Notes under the pieces: generated by a model
Databases searched by the model: none
The model's input: only the letters and a program-made list of their open reading frames with translations
What the model was told of the DNA's origin: nothing
Position numbers and translations under genes: made by a program
Source of the DNA: Octopus bimaculoides
Lineage: Eukaryota
Direction: 5' to 3'
Length of the DNA stretch: 37,699 nucleotides
NCBI RefSeq assembly: GCF_001194135.2
Contig: NC_068983.1
Span: 103,539,808-103,577,506 of the forward strand
Shown here: piece by piece, positions 1 through 10,281 of the stretch
Numbering within the stretch: position 1 is the stretch's first letter
How the letters are laid out: each line of letters begins with the position of its first letter

Positions 1-30
1 TATATACATACATATATATATTAATGCAAA

Positions 31-62
<32 letters not shown>

Positions 63-86
63 CATACATATATATATTAATGCAAA

Positions 87-118
<32 letters not shown>

Positions 119-204
119 CATACATATATATATACATACATACATACATACATATACATATATATACATACATATACATACATACATATACATACATACA
201 CACA

Positions 205-242
<38 letters not shown>
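1..242. repeat. (TA)n/(TACA)n compound microsatellite with a ~56-bp direct duplication
   Basis: Nearly pure TA/TACA repeats; the motif tatattaatgcaaatatata occurs twice (~17-36 and ~73-92). Explains the spurious YIYI/MCVY ORFs. Confidence 0.95.
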
Positions 243-246
<4 letters not shown>

Positions 247-343
247 AACATATCTGTTTGTCCAACTTATTGAGCTTAATATCACAACTTTGCGGTGAGA
301 ATACATATTACAACACGTTATAATGTAAATTACGCAAATGCCC

Positions 344-385
<42 letters not shown>

Positions 386-699
386 CATGGGACATATTTC
401 ATATAATACGCACCGTTTGCGTCTCTATATATTTATACAAACTTATATATATATATATACATATATAAACATTTGATTCACACATATCTCAATCTGAGAT
501 ACACACATATATATAGGTAAACTTTTACAACCATATAGGTATATATATACATGAAAGAGAGATCAACCACAGAAGTTAGAATATGGAAAAAGTGAGGAAT
601 CAGCTTCTAATAAATTAACAAAATTTATATTTGTACTCTCTTCCTTATATACATATATATAAACCGTGTGTGTATTAACAAAGATCATAACCTATGTTC

Positions 700-3500
700 T
701 TTTACTGAGCAACTTTGAACGATAAACAAAACCTAGTATATATATATATATATATATATAGGCCATCGTTCGTTTTAGCCATATATATATATATATGTAT
801 ATATAACGTTTAAAATGGTTTATAAAGTTATCAAAGCAGTGGTAATCGTTGATAAATTATTAAGTACATTTCTTTTAAGAGATCGATTTGTTTTAAATAG
901 AAGAAAGTAAAAAAAAGTTACTGAATACACACATGCAATAAACATCAATAACAAAACTAAAACCATAATGTTTAAATTTGCTTTTAAGGGATAAAAAAGA
1001 AAATCGAAGTTGTTTATAAGGTGTGGTTTATCTCCGTTCTGAATGAATTGCTCCTACCTGAAAGTCGGGGTTTCCAGACATGGATATATCATCAGTCTGC
1101 CATATGTAAAATAATCCAGCAGACAATTTTTCCTAGTCAGGTGTTACTAACTAAACTGACTGGTTGGTCTCTTTCATCTCTCTCTCTCTCTCTATCTTAA
1201 CTTAGACAGCATTGCTACTGATACAGACAGACCCGCCGTCACATTACTACCACCGACTCTTTTTGCTTGCTACCACTACTACTATTACCACTAATAACTA
1301 ACTGCCGTCGCCGTCGCCACGGTCTACCACTACCGCTGTTGATAATAACTAGCAACAATAACAGTGGCAAAGCACTATCGACCTGAACTGGAAAGGCCTT
1401 TAATACTTGGCAAGTTTTGTATTACAGACAGCACTGATGAGTTTTCCTCGCTACCCCCTCCCATATCTCTTATCACTCACTCTTGCGCGCGCGCGCACAC
1501 ACACGCAAATACTAACTTTTCTCTCTCTCTTCCTATCTTTCTTTCTCTTTATTTCTCGCTCTATCTCTCTAGTTTTCTTTTCCCTCCCTCTATTTCTATC
1601 TGATGTTCATTTAACACTCATTTTGTTCCTTTTTCTCTCGTTCATTTTCATTCTCCCATACACTTCGCACTCTTTTATTCAATCAACACTCACATACACT
1701 GTTTTTTTTTTTACACACCGTCTGTCTTTACTGTTTCTCAAACACACTTTTAATCTCTCTCTCTATCTCTCTGGCTCTCTTTCTTTCATTATCATCTTGT
1801 CTTGTCTGTCTCTCCCGATGTAAATGATTTTTTTTTATCACTTGTACTCACACCCATTCTCTCCTTTTCCCTCCTGTGTGAACTATCTTTCAAACACATT
1901 TCTTATTGAAACGGGGTTTTTCTCTCTTCTGTTTATATATCTATTTATGAACTTCTCTTTCACTTTCTTCACTTCATAATTAGGCTTTTTTCTCAGTTTT
2001 ACTATTGACACACGTACGTACGTTGCCGTAAGAACACAAACGCAAAATTACAAATAATTTTTCTGTTGTTTTTCAATGAAACCCCCTTGTCTATATTTAT
2101 TTCTGTCTGTAATCTGTCTAATAGTTACACTCTGACACACTTCCTCTATTTTTACCCTTTCTCCTTTCCAACTTCTTCAAACACGCGACACTTTTCCTTT
2201 CTCTCTTTCCTCTCTATCTCTATCAATATTCACTTTCTTACATAGAGGTACGTCTCCGGATTTATTCGGAAAGGTGATGTATAGAAGCCCCTTCTCTCTC
2301 TCTCTCTCTCTCTCTCGCCTTCTAATATATTTCGGCCGTCACCGCAACTAACTCGCGTACCCCGCCTTTATCACACAACTTTAATCAAACAGTAATTTCC
2401 CGCTGGTACAGTCACAGTTGTTTAAGAGGAAACAAAAGTCAGTAAATGTAATCCCGAAAGTAATTTCTTTTCGACTTCTGCTTTAGGATGAGATGAGAAT
2501 GGTCAGGAGAAGCGGGAAGATGTATAAAGCACAGCTTCCTTAAATCACCACTCTGCGATAAGCATAGCTAGACATACTCACCACATTGGCCTATATAGCG
2601 AAGTACTAAGGATCTTTTTATACTTAACTGACCAGGTCGTGACCTCTAAATCAACAGACTTGTACATCCTCTCTTTTTTTTCTTAATTCTATGTAATTAT
2701 TACTTAGTTTGTGTATTTTTTCTTTGTTGAGCGGATGCAAATATTTTGAAAGAAAAGTTTTATGCCCCCACCCTCAAGTGTGAAGGGGAGGCTTAAAACT
2801 CGAGGGGGGTTACAGTTACTTCGTTAACTATCAACTTTCAGATGTCTTTCTAAACGAATTGTTCATATAACTCACACATAGACACGGGTATTTCACAGTG
2901 TATGGTTACACACACACACATTGGTAGACAGATAGATAGATAGATCTTCAGGCAAAATATTTCTGGTTCAGTAATGCATTAACTTCACATAATGTATAAC
3001 TTAAACAAAAGAAAACGAAAAATTTGAGGCACATGTATTAACGTAATGTCTTTTTAAACTCACGACGAACACTCGTAAAATTCAAATCCTCAAATTTTAT
3101 TAAGATTTGTCGTTACAGAGTGACTTGATAAATAGCTTTACCTACAGCTACATGATTAATATAATACAATCATTTCTCAAAATACATCTGGAATGCATTT
3201 CCCAGAAGAAGAAAAAACTACTAGACTTGCAGTCTGTTTACACTGTAGTAGTCTGAGTAAATTTAAATTCTCGTTTTTTTCCGCCTGGCGAAGCTTCGGA
3301 CTGACCTTTTTGCGAGTGCAATGCGTTTGCAGGAACACATTTTGTGTTCTGGCAGGAAAAAAAATTTTTTTAATGTATATATCTCAAAATATCTTCTTAT
3401 TATGTCTCCATCATCTTCATCATCTTCATTTTCATCATCATCATCTTCATCAATATAAGTTACAGCCAGTAAACTCAGGTCAATACCTTGGGTTTCCTGT
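700..3500. promoter_or_regulatory. CpG-retaining, probably unmethylated promoter/5' region with long CT-rich tracts
   Basis: Frequent CpGs in unique sequence (gccgtcgccgtcgcc ~1304-1318, gcgcgcgcgcgc ~1485-1496, tcggccgtcaccgc...ctcgcgtaccccgcc ~2332-2367) against strong CpG depletion in old sequence beyond ~3.6 kb. Judged by eye. Confidence 0.4.
1058..1132 (-). CDS. Candidate 75-nt exon, EKLSAGLFYIWQTDDISMSGNPDFQ (or a first coding exon starting at ATG 1081, MSGNPDFQ); product unknown
   Basis: Minus strand reads ctgactag|GAA...TTT CAG|gtagga; open phase 0 to phase 0 with a good donor, but the acceptor has no clear polypyrimidine tract. Confidence 0.25.
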
Positions 3501-4008
3501 TAACGAAACGAGCCTGTTAACGTTTGTCAGTCAGCTGATTATCTGACTATGATGCAGTCAGCGAAAATGGAGGGTGTATACACACATGTACATATATATA
3601 TGTGTGTGTATGAATGCATATATGAACGCTGAAAGGTGAGAGAATGTTGCTGGTAGTTGCTTCTGCTGGAGTCTCAAACAGACGAGAGTTTTTTAAAAAA
3701 TTAGATAAGTCTGTCACTCACATGTGGGTCCTTACATTGACAATAGACATTACTTGCCAACAAGATCAAAACAAGATTTTTCAGGTGCAGATTCATAGTC
3801 TCAGAAGACTAATGGATGCCTTTAGCATATGTATGTATACATGCAAGCGAAAAGATCTAGGCTCTTGTTACTGGCAGTTTCAAATAAACCTCAAAGCAAC
3901 TCCAAATTGGTTTTGATTATTTTCATCTGAATTAGCTAAACTTAGATCTAGTAACCTGTGAACTGCCTTTGGTACTCAAATACAAATGATGGTATTGAAC
4001 CTGAAGTC

Positions 4009-4579
4009 CTACAAGAAAAGTGAAATAGCATAATATGGTCTTTGATGCACATGGGCCCCAGGACCATTAGAGATGATGAGAACTTGATGTGAGTCTTTGG
4101 AGTCTAGTGAAGCAATATGTTGCTCCTTTTGTTCACTTTTTGGTCTTTTTAGAAGTTCTCATTGAGGAAGAACTAGAGCTTGACAGGTTTCTCAAAGTGC
4201 TTCAACTTGTTTAGCAACTGCTTCCATTGAATTATGTTGTTCTCTCAGACCTTGCCAGTCATGAACATCTTTCTCTTTATTGTGTAGGGCTTGTACTTGA
4301 TGTCCTCCTCCTCCTCCTGTACCACACAACTAATAGTGAACTCTCCCATTTTGAGCCCCCACCCCCCATCCCCCAATGATGGACCAGCTGGGATTCTTGA
4401 TAATGTCCTGGACCTGCTGGACAAACGGTGCCATCCTGAAGAAGTCTGATGACTGACAATGTTTCTGATTGTTAGCCATTAATGACACATCCCTACCAGA
4501 GTTCTTTCCCAACTACAAATCACTGTGACTGGTACTATGTGGCTTTTCATTGGAATTTGCTTTGTTGGTGTCAATACAT
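4009..4579 (-). pseudogene. Coding-like exon relic behind a strong splice acceptor; ~190-codon frame with 4 internal stops
   Basis: Acceptor ctttctcatttctttttcag| at 4580. One frame runs CIDTNKANSNEKPH...YAISLFL* with stops at 4513-15 (TAG), 4330-32 (TAG), 4192-94 (TGA), 4159-61 (TGA). No homolog recognised. Confidence 0.3.
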
Positions 4580-4689
4580 CTGAAAAAGAAATGAGAAAGT
4601 TAAAATTTGGTGCATGACACATAACATTATGTTAGATTGTCTTCCACTTATGGCCCATTACAGTTGTAAAGTTGTCTTCATAAATACCT

Positions 4690-5215
4690 AGTGCATTCTT
4701 TATACGCGTGATCTCGCAGTCATGGTTTCAATTCCTGGACCAGATGATGCATTGTATTCTTCAGCAAATCATTTCATCTCATGTTGCTTTGTGGTTACTT
4801 TGACACCTGATCTGTGATACACAGCGCACCTGCCAGCGGCGAGCTGGCAGAAACATTAGCACGCCGGGCAAAATGCTTAGCGGTATTTCGTCTGCCGCTA
4901 CGTTCTGAGTTCAAATTCCGCCAAGGTCGACTTTGCCTTTCATCCTTTCGGGGTCGATTAAATAAGTACCAGTTACGCTCTGGGGTCGGTATAACCGACT
5001 TAATCCGTTTGTCTGTCTTTGTTTGTCCCCTCTGTGTGTAGCCCCTTGTGGGTAGTAAAGAAGTAACACAGCGCACCTGTTGAGGCAACATCAATTTGAT
5101 GGAGGGAGTGAGCTAATATACTGCACAAACATTTAATCACTATAAACAAATTATTTGTGCAGAGCATTCAGTAAGAAATTACAGAACTGTCTTTCTCAGA
5201 CTACAAAAGACTACC
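4690..5215 (+). mobile_element. Old tRNA-derived SINE (family C, OR1-like, tentative) interrupted by a younger SINE
   Basis: B-box-like ggtttcaattcctgg at ~4724-4738 followed by a SINE-like body that resumes after 5079. Confidence 0.5.
4833..5065 (+). mobile_element. Young tRNA-derived CORE-type SINE (family B, octopus OR2-like, tentative) with 14-bp TSD
   Basis: Perfect flanking direct repeat ACACAGCGCACCTG at 4819-4832 and 5066-5079; B box GAGTTCAAATTCC 4907-4919; core-like gcctttcatcctttcggggtcgat...aagtaccag; CpGs intact; homologous copies at 22.5, 22.7, 23.9 and 27.2 kb. Confidence 0.9.
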
Positions 5216-5248
5216 ATCATGTATATGCGTGTGTGTGTGTGTGTGTGA

Positions 5249-5594
5249 CAGGGGACCTAGACTCCTGGCAGTTTACTGTGCTTAAAAAGAGACATCGAGC
5301 TAAGTAAAAGTGTGGTTGCCCTTGCATACAGGCTTATTCCCTGCAACCCTCCCCAGTTGAGCATCCCTAATCTTGTGGGCTCATTTGTGCAGGTCCCACA
5401 TGAAAAGCACCCATGCTGGTGTTGCGTAAAAGCATCCAGTATACTCTGTAAAGTGGTTGGTGTTAGGAAAGGCATCAGCCATAGAAACAATGCCAAAGCA
5501 GAGATGGAGCCCGAACAGCTCTTTAGCTGGTCAGCTCCTGTCAAACCATCCAACTCATGCCAGTATGGAAAATGAACGTTAAATGATAGTGATG
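5249..5594 (+). mobile_element. RTE-type LINE 3' end (ORF2 terminus, 3' UTR, degenerate ATG-repeat tail)
   Basis: Homologous to the 3' part of the RTE copy at 36985-37627; contains gtggttggtgttaggaaaggcatc and ends ccatgccagtatggaaaatgaacgttaaatgat-like. Confidence 0.75.
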
Positions 5595-5620
5595 TATATA
5601 TGCATGTGTGTGTATATATA

Positions 5621-5836
5621 TCATCATCATCGTTTAACGTCCGCTTTCCATGCTAGCATGGGTTGGACGATTTGACTGAGGACTGGTGAAACTGGATGGC
5701 AACACCAGGCTCCAATCTAATTTAGCAGAGTTTCTACAGCTAGATGCCCTTCCTAACGCCAACCACTCAGAGAGTGTAGTGGGTGCTTTTACGTGTCACC
5801 CGCACGAAAACGGCCATGCTCGAAATGGTGTCTTTT
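5621..5836 (-). mobile_element. RTE-type LINE 3' UTR (or RTE-tailed SINE) copy with (CAT)n tail, runs into gap
   Basis: catcatcatcgtttaacgtccgctttccatgctagcatggg...gatgcccttcctaacgccaaccactc; near-identical to 31369-31632. Confidence 0.85.
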
Positions 5837-6677
5837 NNNNNNNNNNNNNNNNNNNNNNNNNNNNNNNNNNNNNNNNNNNNNNNNNNNNNNNNNNNNNNNN
5901 NNNNNNNNNNNNNNNNNNNNNNNNNNNNNNNNNNNNNNNNNNNNNNNNNNNNNNNNNNNNNNNNNNNNNNNNNNNNNNNNNNNNNNNNNNNNNNNNNNNN
6001 NNNNNNNNNNNNNNNNNNNNNNNNNNNNNNNNNNNNNNNNNNNNNNNNNNNNNNNNNNNNNNNNNNNNNNNNNNNNNNNNNNNNNNNNNNNNNNNNNNNN
6101 NNNNNNNNNNNNNNNNNNNNNNNNNNNNNNNNNNNNNNNNNNNNNNNNNNNNNNNNNNNNNNNNNNNNNNNNNNNNNNNNNNNNNNNNNNNNNNNNNNNN
6201 NNNNNNNNNNNNNNNNNNNNNNNNNNNNNNNNNNNNNNNNNNNNNNNNNNNNNNNNNNNNNNNNNNNNNNNNNNNNNNNNNNNNNNNNNNNNNNNNNNNN
6301 NNNNNNNNNNNNNNNNNNNNNNNNNNNNNNNNNNNNNNNNNNNNNNNNNNNNNNNNNNNNNNNNNNNNNNNNNNNNNNNNNNNNNNNNNNNNNNNNNNNN
6401 NNNNNNNNNNNNNNNNNNNNNNNNNNNNNNNNNNNNNNNNNNNNNNNNNNNNNNNNNNNNNNNNNNNNNNNNNNNNNNNNNNNNNNNNNNNNNNNNNNNN
6501 NNNNNNNNNNNNNNNNNNNNNNNNNNNNNNNNNNNNNNNNNNNNNNNNNNNNNNNNNNNNNNNNNNNNNNNNNNNNNNNNNNNNNNNNNNNNNNNNNNNN
6601 NNNNNNNNNNNNNNNNNNNNNNNNNNNNNNNNNNNNNNNNNNNNNNNNNNNNNNNNNNNNNNNNNNNNNNNNNNNNN
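5837..6677. other. Assembly gap (N-run)
   Basis: Run of N. Further gaps at 9328-9919, 21606-22268, 25125-25424, 30717-30726, 33333-33626 and 34376-34517. Confidence 1.
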
Positions 6678-6717
<40 letters not shown>

Positions 6718-6764
6718 CTGTACTCTTTCACCACAACTTTCTCTCGCTCTTTCTTCCTGTTTCT

Positions 6765-6950
6765 GTTGTACCTGTATTTCAAAGGGCCATCCTTGTCACA
6801 CTTTGTGTCACGCTGAATCTCCTCGACAACTACGTTGAAGGTATATGTGTCTGTAGAGTGCTCAGCCACTTGCATGTTAATTTCATGAGCAGGCTGTTCC
6901 ATTGATCGGATCAACTGGAACCTTCGTCGTAATAACCGATGAAGTACCAT
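6765..6950 (+). mobile_element. 3' part of an octopus-type SINE (family C, tentative)
   Basis: gtacctgtatttcaaagggcc...gatcggatcaactggaaccttcgtcgtaataaccga matches my recollection of an abundant octopus SINE 3' region; followed by an AT microsatellite. Confidence 0.55.
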
Positions 6951-7116
6951 GATACATAAATACATATACATCTATACATGTACATATATACATATACATC
7001 TATACATGTACATATATACATATACATCTGTATATATACATATATATATACATACATATATATATATATATATGAGCAGATGTATATAAACATATATGCA
7101 TGCATATATATATATA

Positions 7117-7163
<47 letters not shown>

Positions 7164-7179
7164 CATGTATATATGTGAC

Positions 7180-7529
7180 ATAATAGTTTCACTTTTAATA
7201 GTTTCAGTATTAACAGTTTCACTATGTGTATATTATATACTTAGTGAAACTATTAATAGTTTCACTATTAAAACTGAAAGCATTATCTCACATTGCAATT
7301 GAAATGTTATTGTTTCACTTTTGACATGTAATACTAAAATAGTGTGAGAGATAAGAGTTTGCTTCGGGCTCGCATTAGGTAAGAAGTTGAAAATTGGGGG
7401 GGGGGGGGCATGACACTGCATGGACCCTAAGTAAGGCATGTGTAAAATTTGAATGAAATAGGTTGGGTAGTTTTCAAGTTTTAGTGATGCACACATACAG
7501 ACTCACATTCTCAGTTTTATATATATAGA
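7180..7529 (-). mobile_element. Non-autonomous Helitron Y (5' portion)
   Basis: Minus strand begins TCTATATATATAAAACTGAGAATGTG at 7529 and continues with ctaaaacttgaaaactac...ttcattcaaattttacacatgccttacttagggt, homologous to 8966-9310. Confidence 0.75.
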
Positions 7530-7535
7530 TATATA

Positions 7536-8972
7536 CTAGTTGAATTACCCGGTCATACCAGGAAAAGCAGGGGTTATTTCCAGTTCTTGTTCCCATTACA
7601 TTGGTTCATGTCCTATCTTGTTCCCTGTTCAGTTCCCATTTAAATTATAAATAGATTTACAAATACACGGTGATGTGGGATAGATTTACATATACTGAGA
7701 AGTAATACAGCTGAATCATAAAATTGATTAATTGTAATGGTAAGGTAATATCAAAGTTGAACTTGTGGATGGTTGGATGGATGAGAAGATTAATGATATG
7801 CAACTATGAAACGATTGATGGTTGTTTATTATCAATTTTGCAGAGCTACTTGATATACTACATATTTGGTCTTGTCCTCTGGAGCATAAATAAACAAATG
7901 ATTTGTGAAATTTTAGAATTACATCAAAATTTTCAAATTTGGTATATTGAACTAATTTTCCACGTTAAATCCGATTTTGTTATACAATTGTTCCAGAAAA
8001 ATTACAGTAAGATGTTACTAGAGTTTTTAAAGTTTAATCAATTTTACCTAATCAGAAAACAGGATTTGGAAGCTGGCATTTTCTGCATGATAGTTGTCTA
8101 TCACAAAATGAAAATAAAATTATTACGAGGGAGAATTTTTATTAAACAAATGAAAGCAAAGCCTTACAATGACCAGAGTTGTAAGAACTTCTGAAGTTTT
8201 AATAAGTTTTAATGAATAAAATCATGGGAAACAGTCGAACAAATGTAAATAATTTAAAAAGGAAAAAGATCAAGGAATCTTTCTGTGAAAAATTGCACAA
8301 ATCTGTCCTGATCAAGAGGACTATCTGTTGGGGAAAGCATAGTCTGATATGAATAAACAAAAATTTGTATATGACGTTCTATTGTAAAAATTGCCTGGCA
8401 ATGATAGGCTATTCATCTATGGAAGAAAATGAAAGACATTCTCTATAGTGTTATTGTTTCAGTACAAATATAAAAACACTTTACCTTTCACTTGTTAGTT
8501 TTACATCTGTTGTTGGACATATTGTAAAAGTTTTGACTGAGCATACGATAGTTAATTCACTAAAGCGTATGCGTTAAGTGATAGATAAAAATTAAAGAAC
8601 AAAGTATTAAAATTCACTGTTCCCTTCACTAGACACATTCTCTCTCTTCTGCTCTGTCCCTGTCTTTCATTCTCTCTTTGCCTGTCTCTCACATTCCCTG
8701 TCCCTCTGTTTCTTCCTGTCTCCTCCCCTTCCATGATATCAGCCACCCTCATTATGCCACCACATTTCATTCAACCTATCATTCTTTTTATCATATAATA
8801 AACTCAGCCCCCAAAGGGAGCCCATTATCAATTTTTATTGAAATCCAAGTAGCCTATAATTGAACTGGATGTTAGTTTAATATGTATGCAAAATTTCATG
8901 AAGATTAGTTTGCTGCTTTAGGCAGCAAGGTGGTAACAGACAGACAGAAATTGCCATTTATATATTATATAT
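7536..8972 (-). mobile_element. Helitron X (second family), 1.4 kb
   Basis: Minus-strand 3' end is hairpin CCTGG-TATGA-CCGGG (7562-7548), 8 nt, then CTAG (7539-7536) followed by T. The 5' end is tatatataatatataaatggcaatttctgtctgtctgt near 8972. Pairing of the two ends into one element is inferred. Confidence 0.6.
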
Positions 8973-8989
8973 ATAAAAATGAGAATGTG

Positions 8990-9024
<35 letters not shown>

Positions 9025-10270
9025 GTGTGTGTGTATGTGAATCCCTAAAACTCAAGAACTACGCAACCAATTTCATTCAAATTTTACACATGCCTTACTT
9101 AGGGTTCCAGTTGTGTTTTAGTAAAAAAAAAATTTTAACTTCTTGCAGAGTTCGAGCCCACGGCAACATAATATCTCCTCCCCTATTTAAGTATTACGTG
9201 TCAAAAGTGAAACAAAAACACTCATGTCAAATACTTTCACTTTAAAAATGAAACTATTCCACTAACTGAAACAATCACATTTCGATACTGTAATGACAGA
9301 TACTTTCAGAGAGAGAGAAAGAGAAAGNNNNNNNNNNNNNNNNNNNNNNNNNNNNNNNNNNNNNNNNNNNNNNNNNNNNNNNNNNNNNNNNNNNNNNNNN
9401 NNNNNNNNNNNNNNNNNNNNNNNNNNNNNNNNNNNNNNNNNNNNNNNNNNNNNNNNNNNNNNNNNNNNNNNNNNNNNNNNNNNNNNNNNNNNNNNNNNNN
9501 NNNNNNNNNNNNNNNNNNNNNNNNNNNNNNNNNNNNNNNNNNNNNNNNNNNNNNNNNNNNNNNNNNNNNNNNNNNNNNNNNNNNNNNNNNNNNNNNNNNN
9601 NNNNNNNNNNNNNNNNNNNNNNNNNNNNNNNNNNNNNNNNNNNNNNNNNNNNNNNNNNNNNNNNNNNNNNNNNNNNNNNNNNNNNNNNNNNNNNNNNNNN
9701 NNNNNNNNNNNNNNNNNNNNNNNNNNNNNNNNNNNNNNNNNNNNNNNNNNNNNNNNNNNNNNNNNNNNNNNNNNNNNNNNNNNNNNNNNNNNNNNNNNNN
9801 NNNNNNNNNNNNNNNNNNNNNNNNNNNNNNNNNNNNNNNNNNNNNNNNNNNNNNNNNNNNNNNNNNNNNNNNNNNNNNNNNNNNNNNNNNNNNNNNNNNN
9901 NNNNNNNNNNNNNNNNNNNATAACGGCCATAACTCCCATGAAAATTCATATATTTTTGATGTTGATGAAATTTTAACCCGAACATAACAGATGAGCACTG
10001 TCTGTAGCTGGTTTTCTCTTGGAAGAGCCCCGCTTCTCACATGGACAACTGTATGTTGGCTGCTCAAGAGTGGGCAGCAAAAAAAACCCTATTTGCATGC
10101 ATATGCTCCACAAGGGAAAACAAGGAACATTGTTTACAACGAGGTGTTATAATCACAACAGCAAGAAAGTATGTACATGATCACCTTCTTTTACGAAACT
10201 TCATTGACTTTCATATATTTATATTGATATACATATATATATATACCTGTGTTTGGGTGTGTGTGTGTGT
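8966..10270 (+). mobile_element. Helitron Z with PIF1-helicase C-terminal remnant, spans a gap
   Basis: 5' TATATATAAAAATGAGAATGTG(TCTG)n. 9998-10152 translates LSVAGFLLEEPRFSHGQLYVGCSRVGSKKN/fs/AYAPQGKTRNIVYNEVL*, the conserved FSHGQLYVxxSRV...KTxNIVYxEVL end of Helitron RepHel. Confidence 0.85.
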
Positions 10271-10281
10271 ATATATATATA

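Noticed and set aside
21-298. YIYI/MCVY/HTHT-type ORFs here and at 6.9-7.3, 23.0-23.2, 28.6-28.8 and 32.4-32.9 kb
   Set aside because: Translations of TA/CA/TACA simple repeats.
1364-1823. Hydrophobic L/F/S-rich ORFs resembling membrane proteins (also 14619-15092 and 34123-34578)
   Set aside because: Produced by CT-rich or T-rich low-complexity tracts; no domain or splice support.
5686-6971. Long ORFs of 150-390 aa in the track (also 9262-10067, 21515-22504, 25042-25644, 33150-33735, 34123-34877)
   Set aside because: They are open only because they read through N-runs and microsatellites. The only meaningful parts are transposon-derived.
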